From a virus (lineage: Duplodnaviria; Caudoviricetes), in IMG/VR virus record IMGVR_UViG_3300033475_000096, positions 1-36,989 of that record: DNA of 36,989 nt; one strand, 5' to 3'. Under the pieces are notes generated by a model, which saw nothing but the letters and a program-made list of their open reading frames with translations, was not told the DNA's origin and made no database searches. Made by a program: the position numbers and the translations under genes. Every line of letters begins with the position of its first letter. Positions within the stretch are counted from its first letter, which is position 1. This document shows positions 17,954 to 26,138 of the stretch, piece by piece.

Positions 17954-18423
17954 TAACAATAAACGAGGTTATTCATAACGGAGCCTGTTATGATGGAGTC
18001 ATGGACTTTTATAAAGAAAATTTCTATGGCAAAACCGCGGTTCCCGTCTCTGAGATATTAGAGGCAGGGGCCGACCCCTCCCGGCTTAACCTAGACGGCA
18101 ACGGCTACGGCAACGGCTACGGCAACGGCAACGGCTACGGCTACGGCAACGGCTACGGCGACGGCAACGGCGACGGCTACGGCGACGGCAACGGCAACGG
18201 CTACGGCAACGGCTACGGCAACGGCTACGGCGACGGCTACGGCGACGGCAACGGCAACGGCTACGGCAACGGCTACGGCAACGGCTACGGCAACGGCTAC
18301 GGCAACGGCTACGGCAACGGCTACGGCTACGGCGACGGCGACGGCGACGGCTATGGCGACGGCTACGGCGACGGCTATGGCGACGGCGACGGCTACGGCT
18401 ACGGCGGTATGCAAGAAGATTAA
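17938..18423 (+). CDS. Gly-X (X = N/Y/D) repeat protein
   Basis: 53-aa N-terminal domain containing GACYDG, followed by 51 Gly-X dipeptides. Confidence 0.8.
   Translation: MVDRLITINEVIHNGACYDGVMDFYKENFYGKTAVPVSEILEAGADPSRLNLDGNGYGNGYGNGNGYGYGNGYGDGNGDGYGDGNGNGYGNGYGNGYGDGYGDGNGNGYGNGYGNGYGNGYGNGYGNGYGYGDGDGDGYGDGYGDGYGDGDGYGYGGMQED
18097..18402 (+). repeat. Hexamer tandem repeat GGC[A/T/G]AC x51
   Basis: Read directly; only two units end in TAT instead of NAC. Confidence 0.95.
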
Positions 18424-18448
18424 TATTAAATAATCCCTATTAGCAGAA

Positions 18449-18507
18449 GCCGGAACCTGCTTAAGTGTAATGTAAGGCAGACACAAAGCACTTTAAAATG
18501 TTCCGGC
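18449..18507 (+). ncRNA. Structured RNA element, possible pseudoknot
   Basis: GCCGGAAC/GTTCCGGC 8-bp stem, inner CTGCTT/AGGCAG stem, and loop AAGTGT complementary to the downstream GCACTT. Confidence 0.5.
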
Positions 18508-18512
18508 AAATC

Positions 18513-18579
18513 GAAGGAATAGATGAGGTGACTAGCTTAAATATTTAAGCCTATGCGGGTTCAACTCCCGCTTCCTTCA
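18513..18579 (+). ncRNA. tRNA-like RNA without a D-stem (tmRNA TLD-like)
   Basis: 7-bp acceptor stem GAAGGAA/TTCCTTC, T-arm GCGGG-TTCAACT-CCCGC, unpaired D-loop ending GAC, and hairpin GCTTAA-atat-TTAAGC. Confidence 0.65.
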
Positions 18580-18598
18580 CAATATAAAAAACCAGAAA

Positions 18599-18769
18599 GG
18601 GGACTAAGGGCGTATCAATAAGCTTTGAGGCCAAAGCTTTGAAGGCAAAGAATAGGACACAACATAAGACCCCTAATAGAAATAAACTTATTTGTGTCTG
18701 ACTGTCTCCCCGAGGTGGCAACTGTATATAGGGAAATTCTTGCAAGGCCTGACAGCATGGAAAGACAGC
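18599..18769 (+). ncRNA. Multibranch structured RNA candidate
   Basis: Stems GGGGAC/GTCTCC, AAGCTTTG/CAAAGCTT and GACACAA-c-ATAAG/CTTAT-TTGTGTC; GC(A)TG-GAAAGA-CAGC hairpin. Confidence 0.45.
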
Positions 18770-18798
18770 ACTTTTAAAGGAACAAACAAATTAACCTT

Positions 18799-18984
18799 AT
18801 GAAATATTCAAAATCACTTTCTTTTATAATCCTGGTCGTTATTACTACGCCGCTTTGGTATTTGTTTTACTGGCTTCTTAAATACTTCAATGTAAACGAC
18901 TTTATAATGTCGGTATTCTACATTTATGTAACCCTCTCTTATTCCCTGTCTCTTTTTGTAATAATTAAAAAAGCCAGAGCATGA
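18799..18984 (+). CDS. Small membrane protein (2 TM)
   Basis: Two hydrophobic segments; ATGA overlap with the next ORF. Confidence 0.6.
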   Translation: MKYSKSLSFIILVVITTPLWYLFYWLLKYFNVNDFIMSVFYIYVTLSYSLSLFVIIKKARA

Positions 18985-19322
18985 AAAATATAATCTGGAT
19001 CTACGGCCCGTCTTGTACAGGCAAAACCATGTTTGCAAACCTCATTGCAGGCCTTACAAATATAAATGAGAGCGAAACGCTATGTTTCCCTTTTAGCAAA
19101 TATTACTTTCTTAAAAAGCTTGTATTACCTACTACTAAGTGTCTGATAATTGACGGATTCTTTGCAGAAAAAGAAAAGGAACTTGAATTGTTAAATGAGA
19201 TTATAGACGTTCTTAATAGCTCCAAAAGGGACAAGGTTCTAATTATAATTTCTCAGAACACACCGCCGCAAGCTATTTACGATAAAGTGTTATTGCTTCA
19301 GTCATATAATACAAGCAAGTAA
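18981..19322 (+). CDS. Small P-loop NTPase
   Basis: Walker A GPSCTGKT and Walker B-like CLIIDG; only 113 aa. Confidence 0.7.
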   Translation: MKNIIWIYGPSCTGKTMFANLIAGLTNINESETLCFPFSKYYFLKKLVLPTTKCLIIDGFFAEKEKELELLNEIIDVLNSSKRDKVLIIISQNTPPQAIYDKVLLLQSYNTSK

Positions 19323-19327
19323 AAACT

Positions 19328-20077
19328 ATGATGAAGTTTAGCCTTCGACAATCGCTTGAATCTTCAATTATCTATGAAGCCCTTTACTCTTCACATGGAT
19401 TTACAGAAATGGGAAACCTGTTAAAACATACAAACTTTATTTACGGCCCTGAGATAGCGGAAGGTAAAAGGCTAAATACTATAGTTTGGCAATGTATTGA
19501 AGAAATGTTTCCACAGGAACCCATAAACCTGGTTACCATTACCAAAAAGATAAAGAGCAAATACAATAAAAACGTAGGCTCTGAACTTACCAGCTATACG
19601 GATCTTATTAACTGCGGATCTAACAGGCCGTACTTCTGCCTTATGCTTCTTGAAATGGATTTGCGCGCTAAGTTTATAAAGCTACTTGAGAAGCTTTACA
19701 ACAACATAGATCATAATTACGAAGTAAAAAGCGACCTGCTTAAGATTATAGACCATGCAAAGAACGAGACTAACGATATTTTCCAGTCCATCGCAGAAGT
19801 AGAAGATTACTTTTCAAAGTTCGAAGTATACGAAACCGAACTTGAAGAAGTAAAACAATTTAAAAGCAATATCAACGCCCGCGTTGCTGAGATTAAAAGA
19901 ATGTCATTAGTAAAAACGCTAATGAACAACTTTGACAATCTATATCGATTCAATACTCATAATAAAATTATAATGTCGCACCTTCTCGACATGCTGCGCT
20001 TTGTTATGACACAAAACAGCGTGCCGCAAGATTTTGAAGAAGCAATTACCAACTTAAGAAACAACCTTTTTAAATGA
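19328..20077 (+). CDS. DnaB N-terminal-domain-like protein
   Basis: LESSII...LLKHTNF...IVWQCIEEM...EPINLVTI...SNRPYFCLMLLE parallels the DnaB NTD; no RecA-type domain. Confidence 0.65.
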   Translation: MMKFSLRQSLESSIIYEALYSSHGFTEMGNLLKHTNFIYGPEIAEGKRLNTIVWQCIEEMFPQEPINLVTITKKIKSKYNKNVGSELTSYTDLINCGSNRPYFCLMLLEMDLRAKFIKLLEKLYNNIDHNYEVKSDLLKIIDHAKNETNDIFQSIAEVEDYFSKFEVYETELEEVKQFKSNINARVAEIKRMSLVKTLMNNFDNLYRFNTHNKIIMSHLLDMLRFVMTQNSVPQDFEEAITNLRNNLFK

Positions 20078-21480
20078 TAGGCTTTACAAGTTATTTAGAT
20101 AACAGCAAAAAGAAAGGCTCTGATCTTGCCACAGTATCAGACGAGGCACTTGCCGAAGAGCTTAAGACGCGCGAAGAGGTTAAGAATATATTTCCTTTGG
20201 AAGTATTTCACGACAGCATAAAGCCTTTTATAACTGCACTGAATAAAAACTACGACATCCCGCGCAGTTATATAGGCCTTGGGCTTCTATGTTGCTACAG
20301 CACGGCCATAGGTACTTCTTTTGCCGTTTCCCCGAACGGACATACCAAAATTCCTTTGCCCGTATGGGGTGCGCTGGTTGGTATTTCTTCTTCCGGTAAA
20401 ACACTTGCTATAGATCTTACCCACGATCCTTTATATAAAATACAGGCAGAGTTTGACAGGGACTACAAAGAGAACATTGCACCACTTCCAGAAGAAGCCA
20501 GGAGGCGCGCAAAGATAAAAACAGTAGTTTACCGCGATGCGGTTATAGCTACGCTTGTACGGTCTATAATGCCCGATAACCCCAAAGGTCTAACTAAGTA
20601 TGCGGACGAACTTATAGAATGGATTAATGGAATGAACCAAATGAGCAAGAAGGAAGGAACGGATGAGCAATTTTGGATTTCTTCCTGGAATTGTAAAAAC
20701 TATTCCGGTATACGATCAGGAAAGGAAAAGTTTAACGTGCCACGGCCATTTGTAAACGTTGTCGGAGGTATACAGCCCACTATTTTACATAAGCTATTTG
20801 CCAAAGACAGGGACACCACAGGATTTATATTTCGTCTTCTCTTCGCCGTACCTGAAGTGATAAAGATAGCGGAGCCGGAAAGCGGCTTTGCTATACCCAA
20901 AGAATACCTTGAGCTCCACGAAAAGACAGTAAGGAAACTATACTTCGACCTAAACATAGAAGATAGCTATGAAGAACAGCGCAGGTGTATACTTACACAG
21001 GAAGCATCTAAGATGTACGAAGCATGGGTAAAAGAGAAGATAAGGAAAATAAACAAAATGGAATACCTGCGGGACAAGGAAATACACTCCGGAATCCTGG
21101 GAAAGATAAAAGAATACGCCTACAGATTCGCGGGCATACTTCATATAGTGGACAAAGCAAGCCACGAAGACGATTCAAGAATATACGGTTGGTTTAATAA
21201 TGACGAATCAATACCAAGCGAAGTAATGGCGAGGGCTTTAAAGCTTGCAGACTACTTCTACCAGTCTGCCGCAGATGTTTATGAGACTGTAGAAAACAAC
21301 ATCATAGCCCCGCCGGACGTGGTCTTAGCCGCAAGCATGTTCAGACTTAGAGCTTCTGCCACAGACGTAGGCTATGCGCTTTATGGAAAGCGAAACGATG
21401 CTTCAAAACAAAGAGCCTGGCGCAATATTCAAAAATGGATGCGGCAATATCCAAGGCTTTTTGGAGCGAATGTAAAGTAA
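20074..21480 (+). CDS. DUF3987/YfjI-family P-loop replication protein (putative helicase)
   Basis: FPLEVF, LVGISSSGKT (Walker A), ADEL (Walker B), VVGGIQP and GFIFRLLF. Confidence 0.85.
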   Translation: MIGFTSYLDNSKKKGSDLATVSDEALAEELKTREEVKNIFPLEVFHDSIKPFITALNKNYDIPRSYIGLGLLCCYSTAIGTSFAVSPNGHTKIPLPVWGALVGISSSGKTLAIDLTHDPLYKIQAEFDRDYKENIAPLPEEARRRAKIKTVVYRDAVIATLVRSIMPDNPKGLTKYADELIEWINGMNQMSKKEGTDEQFWISSWNCKNYSGIRSGKEKFNVPRPFVNVVGGIQPTILHKLFAKDRDTTGFIFRLLFAVPEVIKIAEPESGFAIPKEYLELHEKTVRKLYFDLNIEDSYEEQRRCILTQEASKMYEAWVKEKIRKINKMEYLRDKEIHSGILGKIKEYAYRFAGILHIVDKASHEDDSRIYGWFNNDESIPSEVMARALKLADYFYQSAADVYETVENNIIAPPDVVLAASMFRLRASATDVGYALYGKRNDASKQRAWRNIQKWMRQYPRLFGANVK

Positions 21481-21615
21481 AAATTACTTAAAGCTATTAT
21501 TTATCATAAGCGCATCAAGTAACTAATAATCAATATAATAAGCATTTGTATTATCAAAACGGCCTTTTATCTAACGAAACAGGCCACTGGGCGAAATGGA
21601 AGGGTAAAAATGAAG

Positions 21616-21924
21616 TGTTACGGTTGAAAGTGCTCTGTTTCCATATAGTAAACTAAAACACAGTTGATTATAAGCAAATTAGCCGTAACACTTTCGTAAC
21701 AAGTTTCCATAACTATTTGAAAGTCAGTATAGATTTTCGAAAAAATCGTAACACGAAATGTTACGGTCACCGTAACACAAATCGTTACGGTATAACAAGT
21801 GTAAAGTAATTGACAGTCAAATAATTACAAGATACAATGTTACGATCGTGTTACGGCTGTTTTGGGGGTTAATAATCTGAAATATAATAAGTTATAATAA
21901 AAACATTGGCCTATGACCGTAACG
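21616..21924. repeat. Putative replication origin with GTTACG iterons
   Basis: Ten GTTACG/CGTAAC-core 8-mers at 21616, 21683, 21694, 21746, 21759, 21770, 21783, 21838, 21849 and 21917, in both orientations, directly after the replication gene. Confidence 0.75.
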
Positions 21925-22197
21925 CACGTAGTATTTTCTGATTTTCCAGGCTTCATAAAGGCAAACACCCTTACCGAGGTGTCTATGTCTTCCGAAGTTA
22001 TAGTGCTCGATTTGCTTACAAAAAAGGAAAAGAAGCGAAGCACATATAATGAACTAAGGAAAGAATGGAGCGACAACGAAGGCTTCTTAAAACGCCTTCG
22101 AGAAATGCTCGACGACGGCCTTATATATGTGAAGCTAAAGAAAACCGGAACGCTTTCAGACGAAGCTTATAATAAATTAAAATTTGAAAAGGAGTGA
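21913..22197 (+). CDS. Hypothetical protein (possible winged-helix)
   Basis: ORF after the origin; STYNELRKEW...LREMLDDGLIYV segment. Confidence 0.55.
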   Translation: MTVTHVVFSDFPGFIKANTLTEVSMSSEVIVLDLLTKKEKKRSTYNELRKEWSDNEGFLKRLREMLDDGLIYVKLKKTGTLSDEAYNKLKFEKE

Positions 22198-22201
22198 ATA
22201 T

Positions 22202-22399
22202 ATGAATTGGATTAAGGTAAAAGAAAAGCTTCCTATTGAAGATAAACAGCTTGTTATTTTCATTCAATATAAAGAAGAGTGGAATACTTGTATCTGTTAT
22301 TATATAGGAAAGTGGGAAGATGTAAAGTATTTCAGGAAATACGATTTAGAAAATAACTATAACTATTGGATGCCTTTTATTTCACCGGACAATGCCTAG
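22202..22399 (+). CDS. DUF551-like protein
   Basis: MNWIKVKEKLP...YWMP signature. Confidence 0.65.
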   Translation: MNWIKVKEKLPIEDKQLVIFIQYKEEWNTCICYYIGKWEDVKYFRKYDLENNYNYWMPFISPDNA

Positions 22400-22619
22400 A
22401 AGTTGGCGCGACATAGCGGCCCCGATTATTGCGGAGGTTCTTAAGGAAACGAAGGGAAAGGGCGATAAAGAAATTCGCAAAGCATTAAGAGAGGCCTACC
22501 CCTGGGGCGAACGTTGTTACCATCCTTATAAAATATGGTGCGACGAAATAAAGCGACAGCGCGGCCTTAAGAAGCCAAAGGGATATGTAAATAGTAAAGA
22601 TCAATTGAAATTATTTTGA
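22392..22619 (+). CDS. Hypothetical phage protein
   Basis: AYPWGERCYHPYKIWCDE motif; C-terminal QLKLF resembles a sliding-clamp-binding motif. Confidence 0.75.
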   Translation: MPRSWRDIAAPIIAEVLKETKGKGDKEIRKALREAYPWGERCYHPYKIWCDEIKRQRGLKKPKGYVNSKDQLKLF

Positions 22620-22621
22620 AT

Positions 22622-22825
22622 ATGTCAGAAGAACAAACCATTAACGAAGTACAATACATAATAGGTTATCAGATAGAAGATATATCTAAAAGGGAAGCAG
22701 GAATAAAAAGTGTTGAGGTTGTTGCAAAAGCAAAGGGCGGCAAAGATATATTGCTTCATTTCCATAGCGGTAAAACCTATAAAGTATCAATTGAGATAAA
22801 AGATTACTTAACAATTAACATTTAA
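22622..22825 (+). CDS. Hypothetical protein
   Basis: Operon packing. Confidence 0.6.
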   Translation: MSEEQTINEVQYIIGYQIEDISKREAGIKSVEVVAKAKGGKDILLHFHSGKTYKVSIEIKDYLTINI

Positions 22826-22850
22826 AACTTTACAATTAAACCTTATAAAA

Positions 22851-23297
22851 ATGAATCTAGGATTTTCAACACACATTAAAAAGGCGCGCTATGTGCGCAA
22901 CAAAAGGCAATGGATAAAGAAGCCGACGCACTTTGTTTCCAGAATAAAGAAAGATATTAAAATTCATACCATTCGCGAAGATAAAAAGAAGGTATGGAAA
23001 AAAGGAAGGCTTATACACTTCGCTACAGGCGTAAGAACTAAAAACTATAAGTGTTTTAAGAAAGGCGTTTGCACAGGCACGCAGAAGATTGAAATTAATT
23101 ATGTAGAAATAATTATAAGCAAAAAAATGCCTCCCGGCATTAATAAAGTTGTAAAAGTTAATAATAGAATACTTTCTTTAAAAGAGATAGGATTATTAGC
23201 TAAGAACGACGGCTTTGATTCTGTAAACGATTTCTTCGAATGGTTTAATGAAGACTTCAAAGGTAAAATTATTCATTGGACAGACTTTAGATATTAA
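22851..23297 (+). CDS. ASCH/PUA-like domain protein
   Basis: KIHTIRED...WKKGRLIHFATG...LAKNDGF...IIHW pattern. Confidence 0.7.
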   Translation: MNLGFSTHIKKARYVRNKRQWIKKPTHFVSRIKKDIKIHTIREDKKKVWKKGRLIHFATGVRTKNYKCFKKGVCTGTQKIEINYVEIIISKKMPPGINKVVKVNNRILSLKEIGLLAKNDGFDSVNDFFEWFNEDFKGKIIHWTDFRY

Positions 23298-23302
23298 TAA
23301 CT

Positions 23303-23680
23303 ATGGAAATTTATATAGAAAGACTTTATCATTTAAACCAGGTGAAAGTCTGGTTATATGAAGAGCAGGGAGACAAAGACCTTTTCTACGGTTATAAAGA
23401 AGGCGTACTTGTACAGTATACACTTCAGAGAGGCGAGCCAACTAATAGCGAAATGTTGCCATTCCTTCAGCTTCCTAAGTACTTCTTTGAAATTGTGTTA
23501 AAACACTTTGCAGAATTAGCAAGCAAAGAAGGTGTAAAAATGGAAAATGAATATAAAATAACCGGAATGCTTGAAGCGAAAGAAAAGCATATTGAAGACT
23601 TACAAAAAATTGCCCTTCAAATTATGCCAGAGATATTAAACAAAGTTGTAACCAAATCTAATATTGAAAATCATGGATAA
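23303..23680 (+). CDS. Hypothetical protein
   Basis: 125-aa ORF with a C-terminal LEAKEKHIEDLQKI helix. Confidence 0.75.
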   Translation: MEIYIERLYHLNQVKVWLYEEQGDKDLFYGYKEGVLVQYTLQRGEPTNSEMLPFLQLPKYFFEIVLKHFAELASKEGVKMENEYKITGMLEAKEKHIEDLQKIALQIMPEILNKVVTKSNIENHG

Positions 23681-24418
23681 GATAGAAGAGTTTCTTTAGT
23701 CTTCGGCGGCGTTGTTTATATCGCTTATAATGGTTCTTGCCTTCAGCACGCCTAATAATATTGAAGTTCTGGTAAGGATAAACAGGATTTTATATTTAGA
23801 CGAAATATCCCTTCGTATTCTTGTACTTAGTTTCGCGCTGGTTATTGAGTTTATTATTTTAATTCTAGCCTCTCAGGGAGAAGCGGCGCGGCAAAATATT
23901 ATGCATGGTGTAGCTTCTTCCTTCATTCCGCTTATTACCATAGATGGGAAGAACTTCTTAAGTTCGAAACCTGGCAAGATCCTGTTATAGCTTCGCACGC
24001 AATTTTCGATTTCTTAATATCTGAAGTTGTAAGTGCAATGATTGCAAGAAGTATTTACTACTTCTCTGAAAGGATAAAGGCAAAGATAGAAGAGAAGCGA
24101 CTTAAAAAAGGCCTGCCGGATATTCAACAGCAAATATTAATACATGAAATAAGAAGGTCGGAGCTACAACAGAAAATAACAAGCGGAGAACAAAGAATAA
24201 CAGACCAAGACAATAAAATTAAATTCAACATTGATTTATTGTCAAGGCAGAAGGAAAAAATATCAATAGGCAATCAACAGCTTGGCACTATCGCACAAAC
24301 TGTGTCAGAATACGAAGACAAGATAAGAAGCATTAAGAAAGCAAAGGCGCGCTTAAGTGCTGGCAACAACAGCGAAGAAGTAAAGGAATTGTTAAACGAT
24401 TTAAAATTTGAAGAATAA
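23673..24418 (+). pseudogene. Disrupted membrane/coiled-coil protein gene (in-frame TAG plus a 1-nt frameshift)
   Basis: ATG at 23673, TAG at 23697, continues in frame as ORF 23712. The -1 frame is open from 23849 into ORF 24038. Confidence 0.7.
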
Positions 24419-24739
24419 ATGGATAGAATAATTCAACTAGAAGAGATTGCAGTTTCTTTAGAAGAAGCAAAGCAACTTAATAACTCTGTGCCTTCTGCGC
24501 TGGCGTGGGCTTTTAATAAGTGGAAGAATACACAGGAATTTGAAATTATATCTGTAGAGCGACTTGCAAAAGAGCTTTCTACAGAAGAAACGCCTAAGCT
24601 TAATCTTACCATTACCGAACACAAAGGAGAATGGAAGCTTTACGAAAGCCAGGTGTTTGTTGGAATGGATCAGATTAAATTCATGATAGAGAAGGGAGAG
24701 TTTTATTATGCACCATTGAAAGTTGTAAGTAGTAAGTAA
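24419..24739 (+). CDS. Hypothetical protein
   Basis: Starts immediately after the previous stop codon. Confidence 0.7.
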   Translation: MDRIIQLEEIAVSLEEAKQLNNSVPSALAWAFNKWKNTQEFEIISVERLAKELSTEETPKLNLTITEHKGEWKLYESQVFVGMDQIKFMIEKGEFYYAPLKVVSSK

Positions 24740-24766
24740 TAAGTTTTAAGTTGAAAAATAAAAAAA

Positions 24767-25013
24767 ATGAGACACCAATTAGGAGCAAAAGCAAAAGACA
24801 AAGTAACAGGGTTCAAAGGAATACTTGTTTCAAATTACTTATTTAACTGGTTGCGATCAGTACGGAATTGTACCTGAAGCCAAAGACGGTAAAGTAGGAG
24901 ACGTACATTATTTTGATAAAGGAAGAATCGAAGTAATAGGCAAAGGCGTTTCTATAGACAGTGTTAGGTCTGAAAAAAATGGAGGTCCTAACAGAGATTG
25001 CCCGAAGCATTAA
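24767..25013 (+). pseudogene. Frameshifted small phage protein gene
   Basis: MRHQLGAKAKDKVTGFKGILVS (from 24767) joins ITYLTGCDQYG...(ORF 24825) through a frame change at about 24832. Confidence 0.75.
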
Positions 25014-25015
25014 AC

Positions 25016-25043
25016 AAAAAACCCGGCGGCTACCGGGCTTTTT
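25016..25043 (+). terminator. Terminator ending the early/middle operon
   Basis: CCCGG-cggcta-CCGGG followed by CTTTTT, with an A run upstream. Confidence 0.75.
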
Positions 25044-25059
25044 AGAATTGTGTGAAAAG

Positions 25060-25093
25060 ATGTTTGTTACCTCAGTTCAAAGGTAACAAACAT
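25060..25093. promoter_or_regulatory. 13-bp inverted repeat before the putative late activator
   Basis: ATGTTTGTTACCT-N8-AGGTAACAAACAT; contains TACCTTTG on the minus strand. Confidence 0.55.
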
Positions 25094-25101
25094 TTTAACC
25101 T

Positions 25102-25599
25102 ATGTCAATAATAACTATAGAAGTTCATGCTTTTGTTAAAAAAGTTTTAATAAAAGAATTCGGCGAAGAACCTATTTTTGCAGGTCAGAATAATCTTATA
25201 GGGATTATGATAAGGCCGCTTCTTACTGATAAGTATAATATTAAAGGCGGAAAATTTACCGGGAACATAAATGAAAGTCTTAAGATAATGCTTCCTGCCA
25301 GACTCAAACATCTTACCCATAATAAGCACGAAGACCAGGTTTTATTTCTTGAAGACTTTCAGATTTCTAAAATCAAATATTCTCTTAAAAAATTTGTTGA
25401 ATATTTAATCATTAGTAATATAATGATTTTAAAGAATGGAGGCAAAACAACAATGCAGGCTTTCAGGCAAATTTATATTGATTATGATTTAAATGAAGAT
25501 ATCCTTCCTACTGAATTATTAATGAGTATTTATGCCAGACACAAAAAAGCACTTCTTAAAAGTTATTATACAAGAATAAAAGAAAAAAAAATTAAATAG
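25102..25599 (+). CDS. Putative late transcription activator
   Basis: Last gene before the late operons; N-terminal IEVHAFVKKVL and a C-terminal HTH-like segment. Assignment is from synteny only. Confidence 0.45.
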   Translation: MSIITIEVHAFVKKVLIKEFGEEPIFAGQNNLIGIMIRPLLTDKYNIKGGKFTGNINESLKIMLPARLKHLTHNKHEDQVLFLEDFQISKIKYSLKKFVEYLIISNIMILKNGGKTTMQAFRQIYIDYDLNEDILPTELLMSIYARHKKALLKSYYTRIKEKKIK

Positions 25600-25613
25600 T
25601 TGGCGGGAAAAAA

Positions 25614-25649
25614 CGTCACTAGATTTTTTGATAAGGTAAAGTAGCTTTA
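25614..25649 (+). promoter_or_regulatory. Putative late promoter (copy 2, partial)
   Basis: CGTCACTA-N20-TAGCTTTA. Confidence 0.45.
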
Positions 25650-25655
25650 TTCCCT

Positions 25656-26138
25656 ATGGGAAAGCTTACCTATTTAGTAATTCATTGCACCGCCAGCCCT
25701 GAAAATATGGAAGTCTCTTCCAAACTTTTAAGGCAATGGCATACAAGTCCACCTCCACAGGGTAGAGGCTGGAAACAAGTCGGCTATTCCGATATGATCC
25801 ATTTAAACGGAAATGTCGAAAACCTTGTCCCTTATAATAATGACAATATTATAGAAGGCTGGGAAATAACCAATGGAGTTGAAGAAATGAATGGAATTTG
25901 CAGGCATATTGTATATGTCGGAGGGATGGACACCGACAATAAAAGGCCTAAAGATACCCGTACCAAAGAACAGCTTACAGCCCTTAGAAACTACTGTATT
26001 CAAACAATTGCCCAACACCCGGATATATTAATAGCAGGACATTACCAGTTTAATAGTGGTAAAGCTTGCCCTTCTTTTATTGTTCCTCCCTGGTTAAAAG
26101 CAATTGGCATTCCTGATAAAAATATCTATCAAAAGTAA
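25656..26138 (+). CDS. Endolysin, N-acetylmuramoyl-L-alanine amidase (Amidase_2, T7 lysozyme-like)
   Basis: VIHCTA, GWKQVGY, IVYVGG, DTRTKEQ and GH...KACPSF zinc-ligand motifs. Confidence 0.92.
   Translation: MGKLTYLVIHCTASPENMEVSSKLLRQWHTSPPPQGRGWKQVGYSDMIHLNGNVENLVPYNNDNIIEGWEITNGVEEMNGICRHIVYVGGMDTDNKRPKDTRTKEQLTALRNYCIQTIAQHPDILIAGHYQFNSGKACPSFIVPPWLKAIGIPDKNIYQK

Noticed and set aside
18097-18402. Possible DGR variable repeat (AAC to TAC/GAC) or CRISPR array
   Set aside because: There is no reverse transcriptase or template repeat, the second A never varies, and there are no spacers or cas genes.
18091-18486. Minus-strand poly(Val-Ala) ORF
   Set aside because: It is the antisense shadow of the GGCNAC repeat; the plus-strand ORF fits the operon.
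18513-18579. Canonical tRNA gene
   Set aside because: It has no D-stem and no 7-nt anticodon loop; reported as a tRNA-like ncRNA instead.
23697-23699. Genome-wide amber (TAG) recoding
   Set aside because: Long genes are intact in code 11, TAG ends the portal, ORF 5094 and ORF 25102, and no suppressor tRNA is seen.
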